Positions 63,018 through 64,000 of a DNA stretch of 64,000 nt are shown in pieces. The stretch is from Nostoc sp. (GTDB taxonomy: Bacteria; Cyanobacteriota; Cyanobacteriia; Cyanobacteriales; Nostocaceae): contig JBALDB010000056.1 in NCBI GenBank assembly GCA_036918135.1, positions 192,001 to 256,000 of the forward strand, read 5' to 3'. The position numbers were made by a program, and so were the translations under genes. Numbering within the stretch: the first letter of the stretch is position 1; every line of letters starts with the position of its first letter. Under the pieces are notes generated by a model. The model was given only the letters and a program-made list of their open reading frames with translations, had not been told where the DNA came from and did not search any database.

Positions 63018-63616
63018 TGAGTATGGGTCAATTGTAATCTCTACAACAGTGGTCTTAGTGTTTAGAGGATAATTTTCTAAAATTTAATGGTGATTTTTTC
63101 AGTTTGAAGATATCAAAAATAAGTTTTTGAATTTTTCTAGATTTATTTAATAAATATTTTTTCACTAATGAAAATTATACTACATTATGGGCAAAAAAAC
63201 TTCACATTTCTCAAGTACAAAAAACTTGTGGTATAAATGTTCTTTTTTGCCTTATACGTTGTTGTAATATTTAGCTTAGATAAAGAAAAGCAGACATTAT
63301 CAAATAATTATTGCTGAATTAGATAATCTGAATACATAAGATAGAAAAAAAATAGCTTAAATTATTAACTTATCAACTATTAATTAAGTACAATCTTTTA
63401 TCAAGATTTGCTGCAAATTTTTTTGGTTATTTGAAGCATTATTTAGGGTATATAAATGTTAGCCAAATAACTCCTATTTGATTGCGTAAAAAAACTCCCA
63501 CTCAACCCAAAACTGCAAATTTAAGTGAATAAATATTGAGGATTTTAGCATTTTTTCAAGTAAAAAATCGTGAAAAAACCATAACACCGAAATCAAGATT
63601 ACCAGAGGAAACCGAG

Positions 63617-64000
63617 ATGGAAATCTTCGATTACGTAATTCTAGGAGCCGGATTGGGTGGACTTTCTGCTGCTGCCTGTTTAACTCGACAAGGCTACCGG
63701 GTAGCAGTTTTAGAACAACATTATTTACCTGGTGGATGCTGTCACACCTTTGATTATGGGGAATATAGTTTTTGTGCTAACGTTCATTACATTTCCCAAT
63801 GTGGTTCTGGTCAAACCATAGCCCAATTTTTAAACTATATTCATCAAGATATAGCCTTTAATAGCCTTAATCCTGACTGCATCGACCGAGTTATTACACC
63901 AGAGGCAGATTTTAGAATTCCTTTAGGATGGGAGAATTTGCGATCGCGTTTACTTTCGACATTTCCAGAAGAAGCTGGGGCAATTAACCATTACTGCAAT
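63617..64000 (+). CDS. FAD-dependent oxidoreductase, phytoene desaturase family (partial, runs off window)
   Basis: Manual translation MEIFDYVILGAGLGGLSAAACLTRQGYRVAVLEQHYLPGGCCHTF; AGAGG SD. Confidence 0.85.
   Translation, partial: MEIFDYVILGAGLGGLSAAACLTRQGYRVAVLEQHYLPGGCCHTFDYGEYSFCANVHYISQCGSGQTIAQFLNYIHQDIAFNSLNPDCIDRVITPEADFRIPLGWENLRSRLLSTFPEEAGAINHYCN

Noticed and set aside
63018..63610. AT-rich gap upstream of holB as a hidden gene or ncRNA
   Set aside because: No ORF, stable structure or repeat visible; consistent with a divergent promoter region

Overview
Chromosomal window from a heterocyst-forming cyanobacterium (Nostoc-like). The assignment rests on abundant HIP1 GCGATCGC octamers, heptameric STRR tracts, a split-intein dnaE-C gene, the hfq-dapF pair and the leuS-sigG-cdgR neighbourhood. 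Most of the window is housekeeping or conserved genes: nagB, gatA, a Kef-type antiporter, hfq, dapF, ada/alkA, short kdpD, leuS, sigG with its anti-sigma, cdgR, dnaE-C, speB, an Rrf2 regulator and holB. Accessory or rearranged parts include an ETR1-type ethylene-binding sensor kinase pair, an IS5 scar with a truncated devA, a Gly/Thr-rich WGxxGxxG surface protein, a non-canonical Nramp/PRC-barrel operon, two tandem devBCA exporters with a TetR regulator, and two PEP-CTERM proteins, one of them a ModA fusion. The most notable region is about 52.4-58.7 kb. There an LRR-Roc-COR-TIR gene converges on a TIR-coiled-coil (EAD9-like) gene. The pair is bracketed by direct repeats, each made of a degenerate piece of the speB 3' end plus a 21-bp tandem array, and sits next to decayed toxin-antitoxin genes. 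This looks like an immune-type cassette at an integration hotspot. No rRNA, tRNA or CRISPR array was recognised. All family calls come from motif recognition by eye, not database searches.
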